This document shows, one piece after another, positions 14,780-31,209 of a stretch of DNA of 64,000 nt (the first letter of the stretch is position 1; the number at the start of each line of letters is the position of its first letter). The translations under genes and the position numbers were made by a program. The DNA comes from the human T2T-CHM13v2.0 reference genome, Homo sapiens, in the NCBI RefSeq assembly GCF_009914755.1, contig NC_060928.1. One strand, written 5' to 3'. Under the pieces are notes generated by a model, which did no database searches, was not told the origin of the DNA, and was given only the letters and a program-made list of their open reading frames with translations.

Positions 14780-15200
14780 CCTCTATTATCGGAGTCATCC
14801 AATTAGAAAAAGTAGTATAAAATTTGTCCTTGACTATAGCTGAAGTGAACAATGACACAGCGTTAGCCCTGGAAGGCATTCATGATAGCCTTAACTCACT
14901 GGCCCAGGTTGCTTTGAATGATAGAAATGCTCTAGACTTTCTTCTTGCCAGCCAAGACGGAGTTTGTACAATTACTAATACATCCTGCTGTTCTTGCATT
15001 AGTGTTTCTGGCAAAGTGGAAAGCTCAATACAAAGACTTAAAGAGAAATCCAACTAGCTTTCTAAGGTCAACACTGATCGTTTATGGGATTTGTTGAGGG
15101 GCGCTGAGCCCTGGGGGTCATGGCTAACATGATACTGCAGATTGACCTCATTGTGCTGTTTGGAGTCCTATTGATAAATGCCTTAATTAAATGTTGTGTG
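14780..15200 (+). pseudogene. Gamma-type env transmembrane subunit remnant
   Basis: SLNSLAQVALNDRNALDFLLASQDGVCTITNTSCC contains heptad repeat, immunosuppressive domain and CX6CC; stops before and after (TAG 15055-57); downstream hydrophobic anchor LIVLFGVLLINALIKCC. Confidence 0.9.
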
Positions 15201-15324
15201 AGACAAATTGAATAGATTTTGTCCCAGCTTCTGTCAATCGGATTAATCAGAGTGGATGACAAAGTTGCGTATCTCTGGGAATATTTGCCAGAAGCCAAGA
15301 CAGTGTAGAACAAAGAACAGATAT

Positions 15325-15765
15325 TATTAAGATACAATATTCTCCATAGATTTATTTTGTTTCTGCAGGGCTTGCAAACATAGGAACTTTTAGCTTTTGT
15401 TCTGTACTATCTATTTGTATTAAAAAACAGCCTTGAAAAATAGAGATAATTTTTACCTTAAGAGCAGAGGGCAGGTTTGCTTACGGCCTAATATAAAAGG
15501 TTTTTGTTCCCTAAGCTCGAGGAACCTCAGATTTGAACCAAACCCACTGCATGGGTGCCATGCATCTGAGCCCCTCCTTTTCAAACCTACTGGGGAGCAA
15601 GTGATGTGAGCATCATGGCCATGCTGCTTTCTGTGCTGTGAGTAATAAAGTCCCTTTCTCTGACCCAAGATCTCGTATCTTCTGCCAATATCCATGAAAC
15701 TGTGGTGGGATAATTTGTTAGCTTAATAGTGTGACAGAACCTCAGACTTTTCACCATTCTTGACA
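15325..15765 (+). mobile_element. 3' LTR (MER76/LTR53-like, ERVL class)
   Basis: cagccttgaaaaatagagata...gagcagagggcaggtttgcttac, aataaa signal, terminus ctcagacttttcaccattcttgaca; directly follows env. Confidence 0.8.
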
Positions 15766-15829
15766 CACGCATCACAAGCAAGTGATATTTCAGCTGGGAA
15801 ACTAAGTGTGGTTGGTCACTCAAAAATCA

Positions 15830-16330
15830 AGCAGTGCATGGAATTTCTGATAATGGCAGCATGAAGGTTGTTACATTTCTTCTGAAAATCACAATTACTT
15901 TAAAAATGGACAAAATTATTAAAACCAGTAATTTGAATGCAATTAAATTGCAAATAAATCACCAGGAAAGCGACCGGTTACAAGCACAAAGTAAAGGAGA
16001 GTTTACTATTGAAGAAATGCAACTGCATTGGTTAAAAGCAGCAATTGTGTGACTTTCTTGACTGAGCGTGCTCTCTTACACCCCCAGGTCTAAGCATGGC
16101 CTTATCAGCTCAAGGTGAGAGATGTTAGCACTGAGAGAAGCAGACCCGTGGAAATTGAAAGGGAAATTCTAGAAATGAAAGAGCCACATAGGTGCTGAGA
16201 TTTAAAATCAAAGTCCATGTTCCCAAATTCCTGGCTCACTGCTAAACTATGCACGTGTGCAGGAGGCTGGCAAATAAAGCAGGCAGAAACTACAGAGAGG
16301 CCTACTGTTCAGAAGCAGACTGCTTCTGAT
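15830..16330 (+). mobile_element. Probable L1M 5' region fragment
   Basis: ttctgataatggcagc... opening and general similarity to L1M 5' UTRs; weak. Confidence 0.4.
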
Positions 16331-16749
16331 GAGATGAGTTCACCACACCCTTGAATGTATGGGTTCCTCTATCTATACAGCTCAAAATATGCAATGAAAA
16401 TGCAATGCTGGCTAGCTTGAGAACACAGGGAAAACACAGGGAAACTGGGACTGGCATAGCAACTGGAAAATTAAGCGAGGAGCCAGGCAAACAAGACAAA
16501 CAGATAAGATGGACCCAAAAATACAGTATAAACACTGAACTGACTGCCAAACTGTTTAGGGACAAGGGACACCCTCTAGACACCACATTACAAAAGCAGA
16601 AAGGCGAAGACCCCCCACACACACACACACACCCAAAAATGAGCAGCTGCATCACGGTGTGGGGAAGAATGATGCAGCAGGGTGAGTTCATGCTGGTTAA
16701 ACGCCTAGTAGAACACCACACCAGCAATTTCTGTAAGAAAAAAATTGTT

Positions 16750-18070
16750 TCCAAAGTTATTCCGGCTTTCTTTTGATTAGTGTTAGCATGATATATCTTT
16801 TTTCATTCCATTACATTTAAACTATTTTGGCCTTTATACTTAAGATGTGTTTTCTATAGGTAATATTTAGTTGTGTGTTACGGGTTTTTAAATTGTTATA
16901 TAATAGATGTACATAGTTTCAGGGTACATGTGAAAATTTAATGCATTCATATAATTTGTAAAGATCAAATCAGTTACTTGGGATATCCACCACCTTAAAT
17001 ATTTGTCTTTTCTTTTATGCCAGCAATTCCAGTACTGAGTATACAACCAAAAGAAAGAACATCAATATACTGAAAAGACATTCATGTTTATTGCAGCACT
17101 ATTCACAGTTCACAATAGTCAAAATGTAGAATTAATCTGTGTCTATTAACAGGTGAAATGTTAAAGAAGATGCTGTATATATACACAATAGAATATTATG
17201 CAGCCATTAAAAAGAATAAAATCTTATTATTTCCAACAATATGGTTGAAACTATATTTACATGCATATAAGATCTGTCAATCTTTCTCTGTCAATTCGTG
17301 TGATAGGTAATTTATATTTGATTCTTTATATGGTTAGGTTTAAATCTACTATCTTACTTTTGTTTTCTACTTGTCCCATCTATTCTTTATTCCTTTTTTC
17401 TCTTTTACTTATTCTTTTGTATTAACTGAGCATTTTTAATAATTCTATTATTTTTCCCTTGTTGGCTCACTTCTCATGACTCTGTATAGTGTTATTTTCA
17501 TGGTTGTCACAGAGATTATAGTGTACATCTTTAATTTATGACAGTATATCTTCAAGTGATATCATATTACCTCATGTATAGTGTAAGAACCTTGAACAAT
17601 ATACTTCTATTTCTTTCCTCCCAGCTTTGTACTATTGTCCTCCATTTTACTGCGACATATGCTATATATCTATCAATACATTATTATTTTTCTTGCTTTA
17701 AGCAGTATATTATCTTTTAAAGGGACATAAAATAAAGGATCCAATCTCTACATTTACCCATGTTGCTACCATTTCTGGTGCTGTTTATTTCTCTGGGTAA
17801 ATCCATATTTCCATCTGATATTATTTCCTTCCACTTGAAGGACTTCTTTGAACACTTCTTTTAGTGAAGAATTCTTGATAATGTGTTCTTTAAGGTTTTG
17901 TATGCCTGATAAAGTCTATTTTTCTTCAGTTTAGAAAGATTATTTTCTCTAAAGAATTTTAGATTCACTTTTTTTCTATGTTTTAAAGAAGTTGCTCCAT
18001 TTTCTTCTAGTTTGCAGTGTCTCTGATGATAAATCTGATATCACACTTCTTCTTTTTCTCTGTATTAACT
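16750..18070 (-). mobile_element. Old L1M (ORF1 end to ORF2 start), interrupted by an inverted L1MA
   Basis: gattagtgttagcatgatatatcttttt (reverse: KKIYHANTNQKK) and T-rich reverse ORF1 signatures. Confidence 0.75.
16885..17252 (-). mobile_element. L1MA with 5' inversion (3' end minus at 16885-17020; ORF2 C-terminus plus at 17021-17252)
   Basis: gggtacatgtg...caccttaaatattt (reverse L1MA tail) abuts cagcaattccagtactgagtata...atgtttattgcagcactattcaca (sense ORF2 end). Confidence 0.75.
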
Positions 18071-18074
18071 TATC

Positions 18075-20130
18075 GTCAACATTGTATTGGATGTTATAGC
18101 CATCCAATAAACCAAGAAAAAAAGAAATAAAATGCATAAAGATCATTAAAATAGAAGTTTAATTTTTTCTATTTTAGATGATGTGATTGTTTAGGTAGGA
18201 AATTCAAGGCAATCTACAAAACAATGAGTAGAACTAATAGGTGGGTTTAGAACAATTTAGTTAATATACACAAATATTTATCCTATTTCCAAAATCCATA
18301 AAATACCTAGGAATCAATGTAGCAAAAATCACCCGTGCTTTTACATCAAAAAGACCAAATATTGATGAGATAAATAAAAGAGTATCCAGATAAATTTACC
18401 ATATTATTAGATTAGAAGACTCAAAATTGTTGAGAAATTCTCTCGTAGTTGATCTGTAGATTCAACACAATTCAAATAAAAATTCTAGAACTTTTTAAAG
18501 AGTAATGAATAAGAAGATCGTCAAAGTTATACAGAAATGCTTAGAACTAAGAATATACAGGGCAGTTAAAGGAAGAACAACAACAGCAATGACAACAACA
18601 ATAAGGAAACAATAACAAACTTGGAAGATCTTTCCTACCTGATGTCAGTTCCTATGAAAAAGCCACAGTAATCAGGACAATTTTGTATTAGCAAAAGATG
18701 GGCATATATATCAACAGAACAGAATGGAGTTGAGAAATATATATTTATATACATATACACATTTATAGTTTTCTGTACACACATATAGAAAGTATAACGT
18801 ATTTACATATATAGCTAATTGATTTTCAAAAACATGTCAATGCAGTTCAATGAGGAAAGCAAAGTCTTTTCAATAAATGGTGCTGGATCAGCAGTGCATC
18901 TATATGTAATAAAACAAAACCAAACCATGAATCCTTACCTTTCAATGTACAAAAATTAACTTGAAATGGATCACAATCTATATGAAATACCTGACTTATA
19001 AAATTCCAGGAAAATATTTGGAGAACATGAGGTTGACAGATTGCTTGGATAGATGCAAAAAAAGTCCAAAACGTTTTTCAAAAATAAATTGGAGCTCGTT
19101 GAAGTTAAAAACTCTTGCTTTTCAGAAGATACCATTAAGAAAATGAAAAAGACAAGCTGCAGACATATAAAACATTTGCAAAACATACAAGATTCATATC
19201 CAGAATATGTAAAGTACTCTTAGAACTCAATAATAAGACAAAAACAAAACAAAAGAATACAATGGGCAAAAGATTTGAACAGATCTTTCAAAAAAAAAGT
19301 GATATGCAAAATGGCCAGGAAGCATATGAAAAATGCTCAACCTCATTACTCATCAGAAAAATGCATTAAATTAACTAACATTAAGAGATTTGTCACACAA
19401 AATGTTGGCCAGCATGTAGAGCAGCTGGAGCTCTCACATACTGCTGGAGAAACTTTAAAAAGGTAAACCACTGTGGAAAACTGACGGTTTCTTGAGAAGT
19501 CTAACGAGTACCTCCCACACAATTCACCCATTCCACTCTTAGTTATTTACTCAAGAGAAATAAAATCTAATGTCCAAAGAAAGACTCACACAAATGTTTA
19601 GAGTAGCTTTATTTCTAAGATCACAAAGTGGCGAAAACCCAAATGTCCAAAAATAGGTGAATAGATAAATAAATTGTAATATATTCATAAAAAGGAATAC
19701 TTCTCATCAATAAAAAGAAATGATTATTGATACACAGAAGATACAGATGTATTTCAAAATAATTATTTTGATGAAAGAAGTAGGGCAAAAAATAGACTAT
19801 ACCATACAATTCCATGTAGAGAAAATTCTAGAAAATTCAAACCAATCTATAGTGACAGAAAGCAGATCAGTGATTGCCTGAGATTGTGGCTGGATTGATA
19901 ACAAAGGGGAACAAGAATTGCATCTGGATTGATAACAAAGAGGAACAAGAAAACTTTTTATTATAATGAACATGTTCACTATGCTAATTGTGGTGATGAT
20001 TGTATAAGTATGTACATATATATATACACACACACATATATTTGACATATATATATAAAATGATCAACTTGTTTAACTTAAATAGGTAAGGTTTATTTTA
20101 CTTTATATCAATAAATTTGTAAAAAATTAT
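18075..20130 (+). mobile_element. L1M (MC/MD-like) ORF2 RT to 3' UTR
   Basis: tcaacattgtattggatgttatagcc (FNIVLEVLA), tttagatgatgtgattgt (ADDMI), ttttcaataaatggtgctgg, 3' UTR gtgacagaaagcagatcagtgattgcctg. Confidence 0.85.
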
Positions 20131-20353
20131 CAGTTTTCATTTGAATAATCTTACTAGGATTTTCCATGCTGTATTAAATTTCACAATGAAAATATAAACA
20201 TTTAACATTTTTTCTATATTTACTATTTCGTACGTTCTACTTTTGGCTTTAATTTATTTAATTTTACATAAATGTTGGCATATTTAAATTGCTTATTATT
20301 TGGGTACACTGAGATTTTTCAATCATTTTATATCTTTAGATATACATATCAAC

Positions 20354-20568
20354 GAGTGGTTCTCAATGAAGAGTAGAGGGTAATTTTGCCCCTTTCCTCT
20401 CCAGGGTACATGAGATATTTTTGATTGGCACATCTGGAAAGGTGCTACTGGTAACTAAGAGGCAGAGGCCAAAGATACTGATAAATATACTGCAGTGCAC
20501 AGCACAGGCCACTCAAATAAAGAATTATTCAGCCCAAATGTCAATAGTACTAAGACTGATAAATTCTG
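20354..20568 (+). mobile_element. MER20 (hAT-Charlie)
   Basis: agtggttctcaa...taattttgcccc...gctactgg...agaggccaaagatactgataaatat...aagaattattcagcccaaatgtcaatagt. Confidence 0.85.
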
Positions 20569-22489
20569 ATGTAAATTATTTATTCAGTTGTGTTTTAAAA
20601 TAAAAAATAAAAATGAACCAACAAAGAAAAATATCAATTTTAAGTGCATAAAAAAAAATTAATTCAAAGTAATTTTGTTGATTAGTAACAGATTAGACAG
20701 TTTATAATTTAAATTACTTTGGAAAATCTACACATTTAGTATAATGCAACATTCTGGCATCTTGTTAAAATTTTAAAAATGGCCTTTTCATTCCGAAAAA
20801 GAGACTTATAATAACTCCTAGAGAGACTCAGAATAACTATTAGAAATGTTTCCAATTAGCAGTTATATTTGCATAAAAATATGAGACTTCATTATATTTT
20901 ACAGTAATTTAAGACAATGATAATGTCCTAACTATCTAAAACAATTGAAATCTGAGTATTAAATACTCTTTCTTCCTTTCCCAACCCATCTTGCCACACA
21001 TATCACTGAAACCCTATTGATTTCACTATTAGTTTTCCAGGAAATCTTTTCACGAAGAGAACAGGTGTAAGGAAAATTACAGCATAATAAACAGAACAAG
21101 AATGTACTATAGCCTATGGAATGTAGTGATACTTTCTATTATTTTTAAAACTCTATTGTTAACATGAAAAATGGCATTTCACAAGATCAACTTAATAAAT
21201 GTCTTTTATGAAAATAGTGAATTCAGTTACACTGGTTAAATTTGGACATATTTTTCATAGCAAATGTTTTAAAACTTTATTCTTAAGACAATCTGCATCT
21301 TCAGAAATATCCTCTATTTCATTCTATTACTTTCCAAGTATAAGTTATATGCCTTTTCATTATTTTGTTATCAATTTGGAATAGTCAGTTAGAGGAATGC
21401 CATAGCTTTCACCCTCTTGATGTATTTTAAATCCACTTTAAAGCTTAGACATAAACATAGTAGCACAAGACTAATTTAAGATTAGATATGAGGTATCTTT
21501 CTAAATGTTGTTTTAATTTGCCCAGTGGGAAAAGAGAAACTCTGCAGCTTAATCCCATTAATTAGCTTTTGGCAAACTCAGTTACAAACAGTTTTAAATC
21601 CTATCTCATTCTAGTGTATGGAGGTTTAGTAAAATGTGCTGATAGCTCTAGCTTGCCCTTACTGTTCTAATTTTAATCACGCCTCTAACTCATTACTGCT
21701 GTGGCCTCCTTCTACAAAGCATAGAAGGAAGTTGCTTCCAGGGACTACTTTTTTAGGTTTAACTAAAAACATTTCTTAAAAGGACTTAAAAATAGCATAT
21801 TAGCTATACTACACCTTAAATAAATTTATGGTTTCAACATATGAAATCTGAAGCAAACCTTATGAATAAAATTTCCAATGCTAACACTCAGTTATGGTAT
21901 CATGATGGGTTGACTATAATCAGGAGAGAAAATTAATTCCCCAACTAGGCAAGCTTTGCTTACATTGAACCTACATCTTTATAATGAACCACAAAGAGCA
22001 TTGTAGCTCACTAATATGTGTAACCCTAAGGAATAGCTGATAGAAAACACCACAATAAAAGAAAGACAAGCCTAAAAATCTACTGTAGTTGTAAAAAGAA
22101 CATCAGGGAATGCAATTCCCATAAGCACTGTCTGTGTTCCATAATTATTTTTAGGCAGCAAATAAAAAGGTTTTATTATGGAGATTTGGATGACTACCCT
22201 TAAAAGAAGAATTCATATAGATGTTTTAAATAAAATCACTAGGTCTTTGATAATAGTGTTGATTTTCTTAAAATAATAGGACCATCACCAACATGTTGCT
22301 GGTAGCAAATTTTTCATCGAGACTTTTTCATATTCATATTTTTTATTAAACTGCAGTCAAAAATAATCTTGCACAAGAATTTCTTTAATCAACTATCTCT
22401 CCAGTGCTTCAATGTTCTTCTTTTCTCTTTTTATTTTATTTTTAATAAATTGTTTCCCAGTTTATTTTGGTCTTTTCTGGATTCTGCAA

Positions 22490-22690
22490 ACAATTATTGA
22501 GAGCTTAGTGTATTCTAGGCATTGTGTTAAGCACATAAAAATATTGTTCCCTCTAATTCAACAACAATCCTATGTGAAGATACCATTACACGTCACAGAA
22601 TTGTGAAAGATGGGGCTTACAAGGTTAATTACTCAGTCATTCAGACAGAAAGTGACAGAATTAGAATTTAGAACTTCCTGTTGCCCAAGC
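22490..22690 (-). mobile_element. MIR
   Basis: tattgagagctta...ctaggcattgtgttaagcac...caacaatcctatg...aggttaattact. Confidence 0.65.
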
Positions 22691-22858
22691 CTAAACTCTG
22701 CCTCCCTGATTACTTTTCATATCACTTTCCCTCATATACTACTTGTCCACAATATCTTTCTGTTTCCTAAATGACAGCAGTGTTCCTCAAGTCACTGAGT
22801 TTAAACATGTATATATAAATTCCCATACTGAACTTCATCTTTGACTGACTTAGTATTC

Positions 22859-23144
22859 CTTATAGTTGGAATGTGTCCCCCAAAAGTTTACGTGTTGGAA
22901 ACTAAATTCCTCTGCTTTCATGAGTGGATTAATGTTGCTATTGTGGGAGTGTCTTTGTTAAAAAACGGAGTTATTTCTGGCTCTCTTACCATGTGATGAT
23001 GCAGCAGTAAGGCCCTCACCAGATGCTGGCACCATGCTCTTGCACTTCCCAGTCTCCAGAGCCTTGATCTAAATACACTTCTTTTCTTTATATACTACCC
23101 AGTCAGTGTTTATCTGTTATAGCAAGAGAAAAAGGACTAAGACA
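22859..23144 (+). mobile_element. MaLR LTR (MSTB-like), internally deleted
   Basis: aatgtgtcccccaaaagttt...aggccctcaccagatgctggcaccatgctctt...ttatagca...ggactaagaca. Confidence 0.85.
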
Positions 23145-24564
23145 CTAAATTTATTTTACACCAAAAGTAACTTGAAGAAGAAAGTAGATAATTTATTTAC
23201 TTAACAAGTAGAGAGTTTAATTACTGATAACCATACAGCAAAGTATGATAAAATATTAACACTAATTTCATATAAACAGAATATAAATTACTTTTGCATT
23301 GCTTAAATTGCCTAAGCTACTTTAAGTTTAAAAATGGTGATTTACATTGTTATATCAAGGGAAAGCTGAAATTATTCCAGGAATAGTCCAAAGTCTTGCC
23401 TATTTCATAGTGGCCTCCCCATCCAAGAGAAATGTCACTACCATGACTAATGCAGATACTAGCGGAAAGGGAGGAAAGGGTCATTTTGGGCTCAGTACAT
23501 TGAACATCTGTTAGATTTAGAGGAAATGCAGTTACAGGGACCTGATATTGCCACCATAATTATTAATGAGGATGTTAGAAGACTAAGAACTTAGATGTGT
23601 GAACATCTGGAAGAAATATGTTTGGTTCGATAAACATTTCCTGAATGGTGGGACATGCTATTTCTTCCTTTTCTCAGCAAGTTCACTATCTACTGTGTTT
23701 TATAATACATCAGTATAATTATGGTCGATGAATGATATTTATATATTTTACTAATTTTTCATAATTACATATTTGCATGTATAATTATTATTTACTGGGA
23801 TAATATACTTAGGTGTCAATTACCTCTTCTTACCTTTTCCTAAGTCACATGAAAACCACTACCTTAGCTTTACATTAAAATACACTAAACTTCTTATAGA
23901 AAGGAATCCTAACTATGTAACGCATTAGTAATTCTGTTTCAGAGTTTTATCTCTAAACTTTATTAATGGTTAAAATATCTTAAGATTTAGATAACTTGAA
24001 GCCCTATGATGTAATCAGTAAGTCTATCTTAGCACATTTTCTGCTAATGTCTGCAGCTAATTCTGTATTCAAAATAATGATATAATTGGTAAATAAAATT
24101 TAACAGATAAATTCTGTTACTTCCACATCACAAAAGATTTTAACACTGTATAAAATGATTGTATGTGATAGCTATATTTAACATTAAATAGTGTAAGTGG
24201 TAACCAAGTAATTGGAAATAGTTCAGGTAAAAAGGAGGAAGTTGTAGAAGAATAAGATGACTCATGTAATTGAAGAGAGGACAAACTTAACAGCTGGAGC
24301 TCAGGAACTTCATCTTTCATATTGTCTTTTTTTTTTTTTTCTACAGGAGCTTTCAGCAAACATCAGGAAATGTGGTATCTGCCACTAAATTAACCTCACT
24401 TTCATGAATGCCCCTGCCACAGAGGGATTGACTGAAGCCCAATAGACCCAAAGAAGGACTCAGACTCACCAGCTTGGGCCATGTTTCCACCACTAACTGA
24501 AGTAACTGTGGCTACTAGAACATGTAGCCTGTGCTCTTAGCCATAGTGCTTCAGATAAGCACAA

Positions 24565-24820
24565 TAATATTAGTGATCTATCACTTACTTCTATACTATG
24601 TGCCAGGTACAATTGTAAGTAATGTGCATACGTAGTATGGACTTAATCTCACCACAGCCCTATAAGGTCAGTATTATTATGATGACATTCATTGCATAGA
24701 TGAGAAAATTGTAGCACAAAGAGTCCAAGTAAGTTGCTCAATGTTTTAGTAACTTGCATAACTAGTAAGTGGTACAGCAGAATTCCAAACTCAGGCAATC
24801 TCTGACTTTCAGTTCCATGT
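24565..24820 (-). mobile_element. MIR
   Basis: tactatgtgccagg...ttaatctcaccacagccctataagg...agatgagaaaattg...ctagtaagtgg. Confidence 0.75.
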
Positions 24821-25366
24821 GAAAGCAAAAGCAAAAGTGGGGTTTTTGGGACCTTAATATGCTATACTCTGTCATTATTTTATAGAGGTACTTCATAGGG
24901 CAGAGTTTTTTCTTCCTAATTCATTCGTTTATGAAATACTGCCTTTCAGGGTCTTGGCTCTATTTGAAGCCTAACAAGACTTCCAAAATTTTGCTGGCCT
25001 TAAGTTTCATTTCCAGTCCTCTCTGTGTCTGTATGATTAAACTCAAAATGTCTAGCTACCAGGAATGAGCAGATGTCCTCAGAGCAAGTACTGGCTTTAG
25101 AGGATTGTTGCTTTTGTGGATTACACATTCTCACCATTTTGATATTGACGGATTTCTCTCCCTTTTCTCCACCCAAATGTGAATTTAAAGAGATTTATTA
25201 TTTTCTATTCGGCATAAAAGTTGGTCTTTACCAGTAGGAATTGCCACAAAATAAAGTATAATTTTTATTATATTTAGAAATAACAGCAAGTTCTTGAGTA
25301 AACATAGTGAAAGTTAATAAACTTATCGTGAAATGCAAAGGTATGCAGATAAAATATCTAATTCTT

Positions 25367-25656
25367 TATTTTTTTGAGACAAGTTTTTCTCTACCACTCA
25401 GTCTGGAGTGCAGTGGCACAATCACAGCTCATGGTAGCCTCAAATTCCTGGGCTCAAGCAATCCTCTCACCTCAGCCTCCTGAGTAGCTACGACTACAAA
25501 CGCACCACCACACCCAGCCACTCTTTTCATTTTTTGTAGAGACAGGGTCCTCCTGTGTTGCCCAGGCTGGTCTCAAACTCCTGGGCTCAAGCGATCCTCT
25601 TACCTTGACCACCCAAAGTGCTAGCATTTCAGGCATGAGCCACCACGATCAGTCTG
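25367..25656 (-). mobile_element. AluJ
   Basis: AluJ diagnostics (ctcctgggctcaagcgatcctc); perfect 16-bp TSD aaaatatctaattctt at 25351-25366 and 25657-25672. Confidence 0.95.
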
Positions 25657-25892
25657 AAAATATCTAATTCTTAATAGAAATGTGATTTGAGAATAAATCA
25701 ATAGCTGTAAAAACTCCATATTAGTAGTGTCCATCCATTTGTAAATTTGAAAATTGTTTGGTGCTCATAAATGTCAGGAATCTACTGGAGAATCTAAATA
25801 TAGAAGTGGAATTTCTTTTCTTTATACTCTAGCATAAATTTGTCTATATTTTTTAATTTGCCAAGGCATGCTAAGATTTGTCAAAAAATATA

Positions 25893-28895
<3,003 letters not shown>

Positions 28896-29499
28896 AAAAA
28901 TATGACTCTAAGATATGTTTTTGCATATAGATTTTGTCTAATTGTTTTGAGAATAGGTAGTTTGTGGCTGAGTTTCTTGAAGATGAGCAAATCGGGAAAT
29001 GAAAAAAAAAATGGAGAAATAAAAAGTTCTCCCAAAAAATTGAAAATAAAGGAAAATGGCAATTATTTGAGAAACTCTAAAAGTCAATTCATGATGAGTG
29101 AATTATAAAATAAATAGAAATGGATACTTTTTTTGAGGCACAGATGGGCTCACAGCTCCTTTGGGTATAATGCAACTGATATCACCTGAGGAGAATATGA
29201 TTCTTATCCTTTTTCGTCTATTTGGTGGAATATATTGGTAGACTAATCATCCTAGTTAAACAACAAAATTTTCTGTTTTAAGTATGAAATATATCTTCTT
29301 AGTTTATCCATATGTTGGCAAGAAAGTAAAAAATACTAAGGTTACAGCTTAGGTAACAGTGGGTACATGGTAAGTCTGTGAAATGAATTTTTTTCTAAAC
29401 CAAGTGAATCTAAACACTAGTTTTCATATACTTTGCAAAGTTTTATGCGTAGAAGTCATAACAGTCTTCCTACCCTACTAATTACTGGATTCCAAAAAA

Positions 29500-31200
29500 G
29501 CCATAATCTGAGAATAAGGGGGAACTAGAAATAACCCCAATTAACCACAAAGAACTTCAAGGAAAAGGCCTGCAATGTCATAGTTTTCCTGTTGGGAAGG
29601 GAAAATATATCCCCTTGAAAACATGTAAAAATACGCCTATCTTCACAGATGCCAGGCTGAAGTCACACTATCTGAGACACACACACAAACTAAAACTGTA
29701 AATTTTACTTACTGTTTCTGGACTGTCCTAGCAGAAGCAAACTAAATCTGTTCTGGAGAAAAAACACTCCAGACCTCAAAGTTTTCAACATGTAAAATGT
29801 CAAGGCAAAGTGAGCACCTCATAGGAAAATAAAATCACAGAAACATATAAAGAAACAAAGCACCATAAGCAACACTGGAAGAAATAACAAACAGCAAAAC
29901 CTGGCCTGCAAAGTCCTCATTAATGGGAATTATAAACATTTTATAAAAGTAGAAAAAAAAGTTTAAATAATCATAAGGCACAAGAAGATTGGGAGAAGAA
30001 TCAAAAGAAATCCTAAAATTAAAAAAAAAAAACTTGAAGTTTAGAATTTTATTAATCCAAACTAAAAACTGGAGAAAATATCCAAAATTCATTTCAAAGT
30101 AATAAAAGAAATGGAAAGTGTGATACAAATCTTAAAGCTATGGGAGAGTTAAGTCTTAATATTTTGGATGGGGAGGAGAGAGAGACTAGGACAGAGGTAT
30201 TAGCTAAAGGTATAATGGCTGAGAACTTTCAAGAACTTGAAAGACACCAAATGCAGATTCAAAAAGACTTGATTTTTAAATAAAAATAAAAAATGAATCC
30301 AACAACATGTGATAGTCAGATTACAATCTATCAAAGACAAAGGCCAGACATTTAGAGCAGCCAAAGAGAAATTCTGACAAAGGAGCCATAATTAGAATGA
30401 CAGCTGACATCCTTATGAAAATAATGAAAACTTATACATGGTATAATATCTTCAATATGCTGAACGGAGATACTTGTCAACCTAGAATAGTACAGCCAAC
30501 AAAAATAATCTTTCTCAAAAATGAAGGAAATATATAGACCACTTCATACAACCAAAACCTAAGGTTGTCACCAGCAAATCTACAGTAAGGTATTTAGGTG
30601 GAAAAAATGCTTTTAGATAGATGGGCTGAGATGTTAGATGCTAAAGCTTGAAATTTGCAAATATGTGGGGAAAATGTAAGAAAACATTCATAGGCAGAAA
30701 CTCTACAGAGTGATTAGGGGATTGGACTCTGAAGCCAACAACCTGAATTGAAAATATGACTATCATTTAGTTGGTATGACCATGGGCAAATTAATAAACC
30801 TCAATATGCCTTTGTTTTCTCATTTGTACAGTGGTGATAATAAAGTCACCTCTCTCATGGGTAATCATAAGAATGATATGAAACAGTAAAGTACTTAGTA
30901 AAGTACTGGGAATATAGTGTGTATGTTATGACAATTATTACTACATAAATAGTAAAATAATAATGATAATGTAATAAATAATAATGTATAAAATAATGAC
31001 AATGTTATATGGGATTTAAAATATCTAAAATTACATAAAAAGTAAGAAGGGTGAACATAATCACATTGTTTGGGGAAAATATGAAGATATTAATTAATTT
31101 TAGATTTTGATAAGTTTGCATATTAAAATTTCTAGAGAAATTGCCAAAAGAATAGGCAGTGAATAACTTCCAAAGAGTAAAGAAAAAAATGGCTTGAAAA
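29500..31200 (+). mobile_element. Ancient L1M 5'/ORF1 remnant
   Basis: ataatggctgagaactttcaagaa, gcagccaaagagaaa, attagaatgacagctgac, tcaacctagaata. Confidence 0.7.
30705..30945 (+). mobile_element. MIR nested in L1M
   Basis: ggactctgaagcca...tgaccatgggcaaatt..aacctc..tgcctt.gttttctcatttgta. Confidence 0.75.
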
Positions 31201-31209
31201 TCAATTCAA

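Larger units (their letters stand above)
12830..15320 (+). mobile_element. Decayed ERV internal region (MER76/LTR53-int-like): pol and env remnants
   Basis: cagtcctccaccatttgccat (SPTICH-like RT motif); ORF 13790-14155 resembles the ERVL tether; env TM at ~14780-15200. Confidence 0.8.

Noticed and set aside
14824-15057. Possible domesticated syncytin/suppressyn-like gene
   Set aside because: No ATG, signal peptide or SU; stops on both sides; kept only as a fossil.
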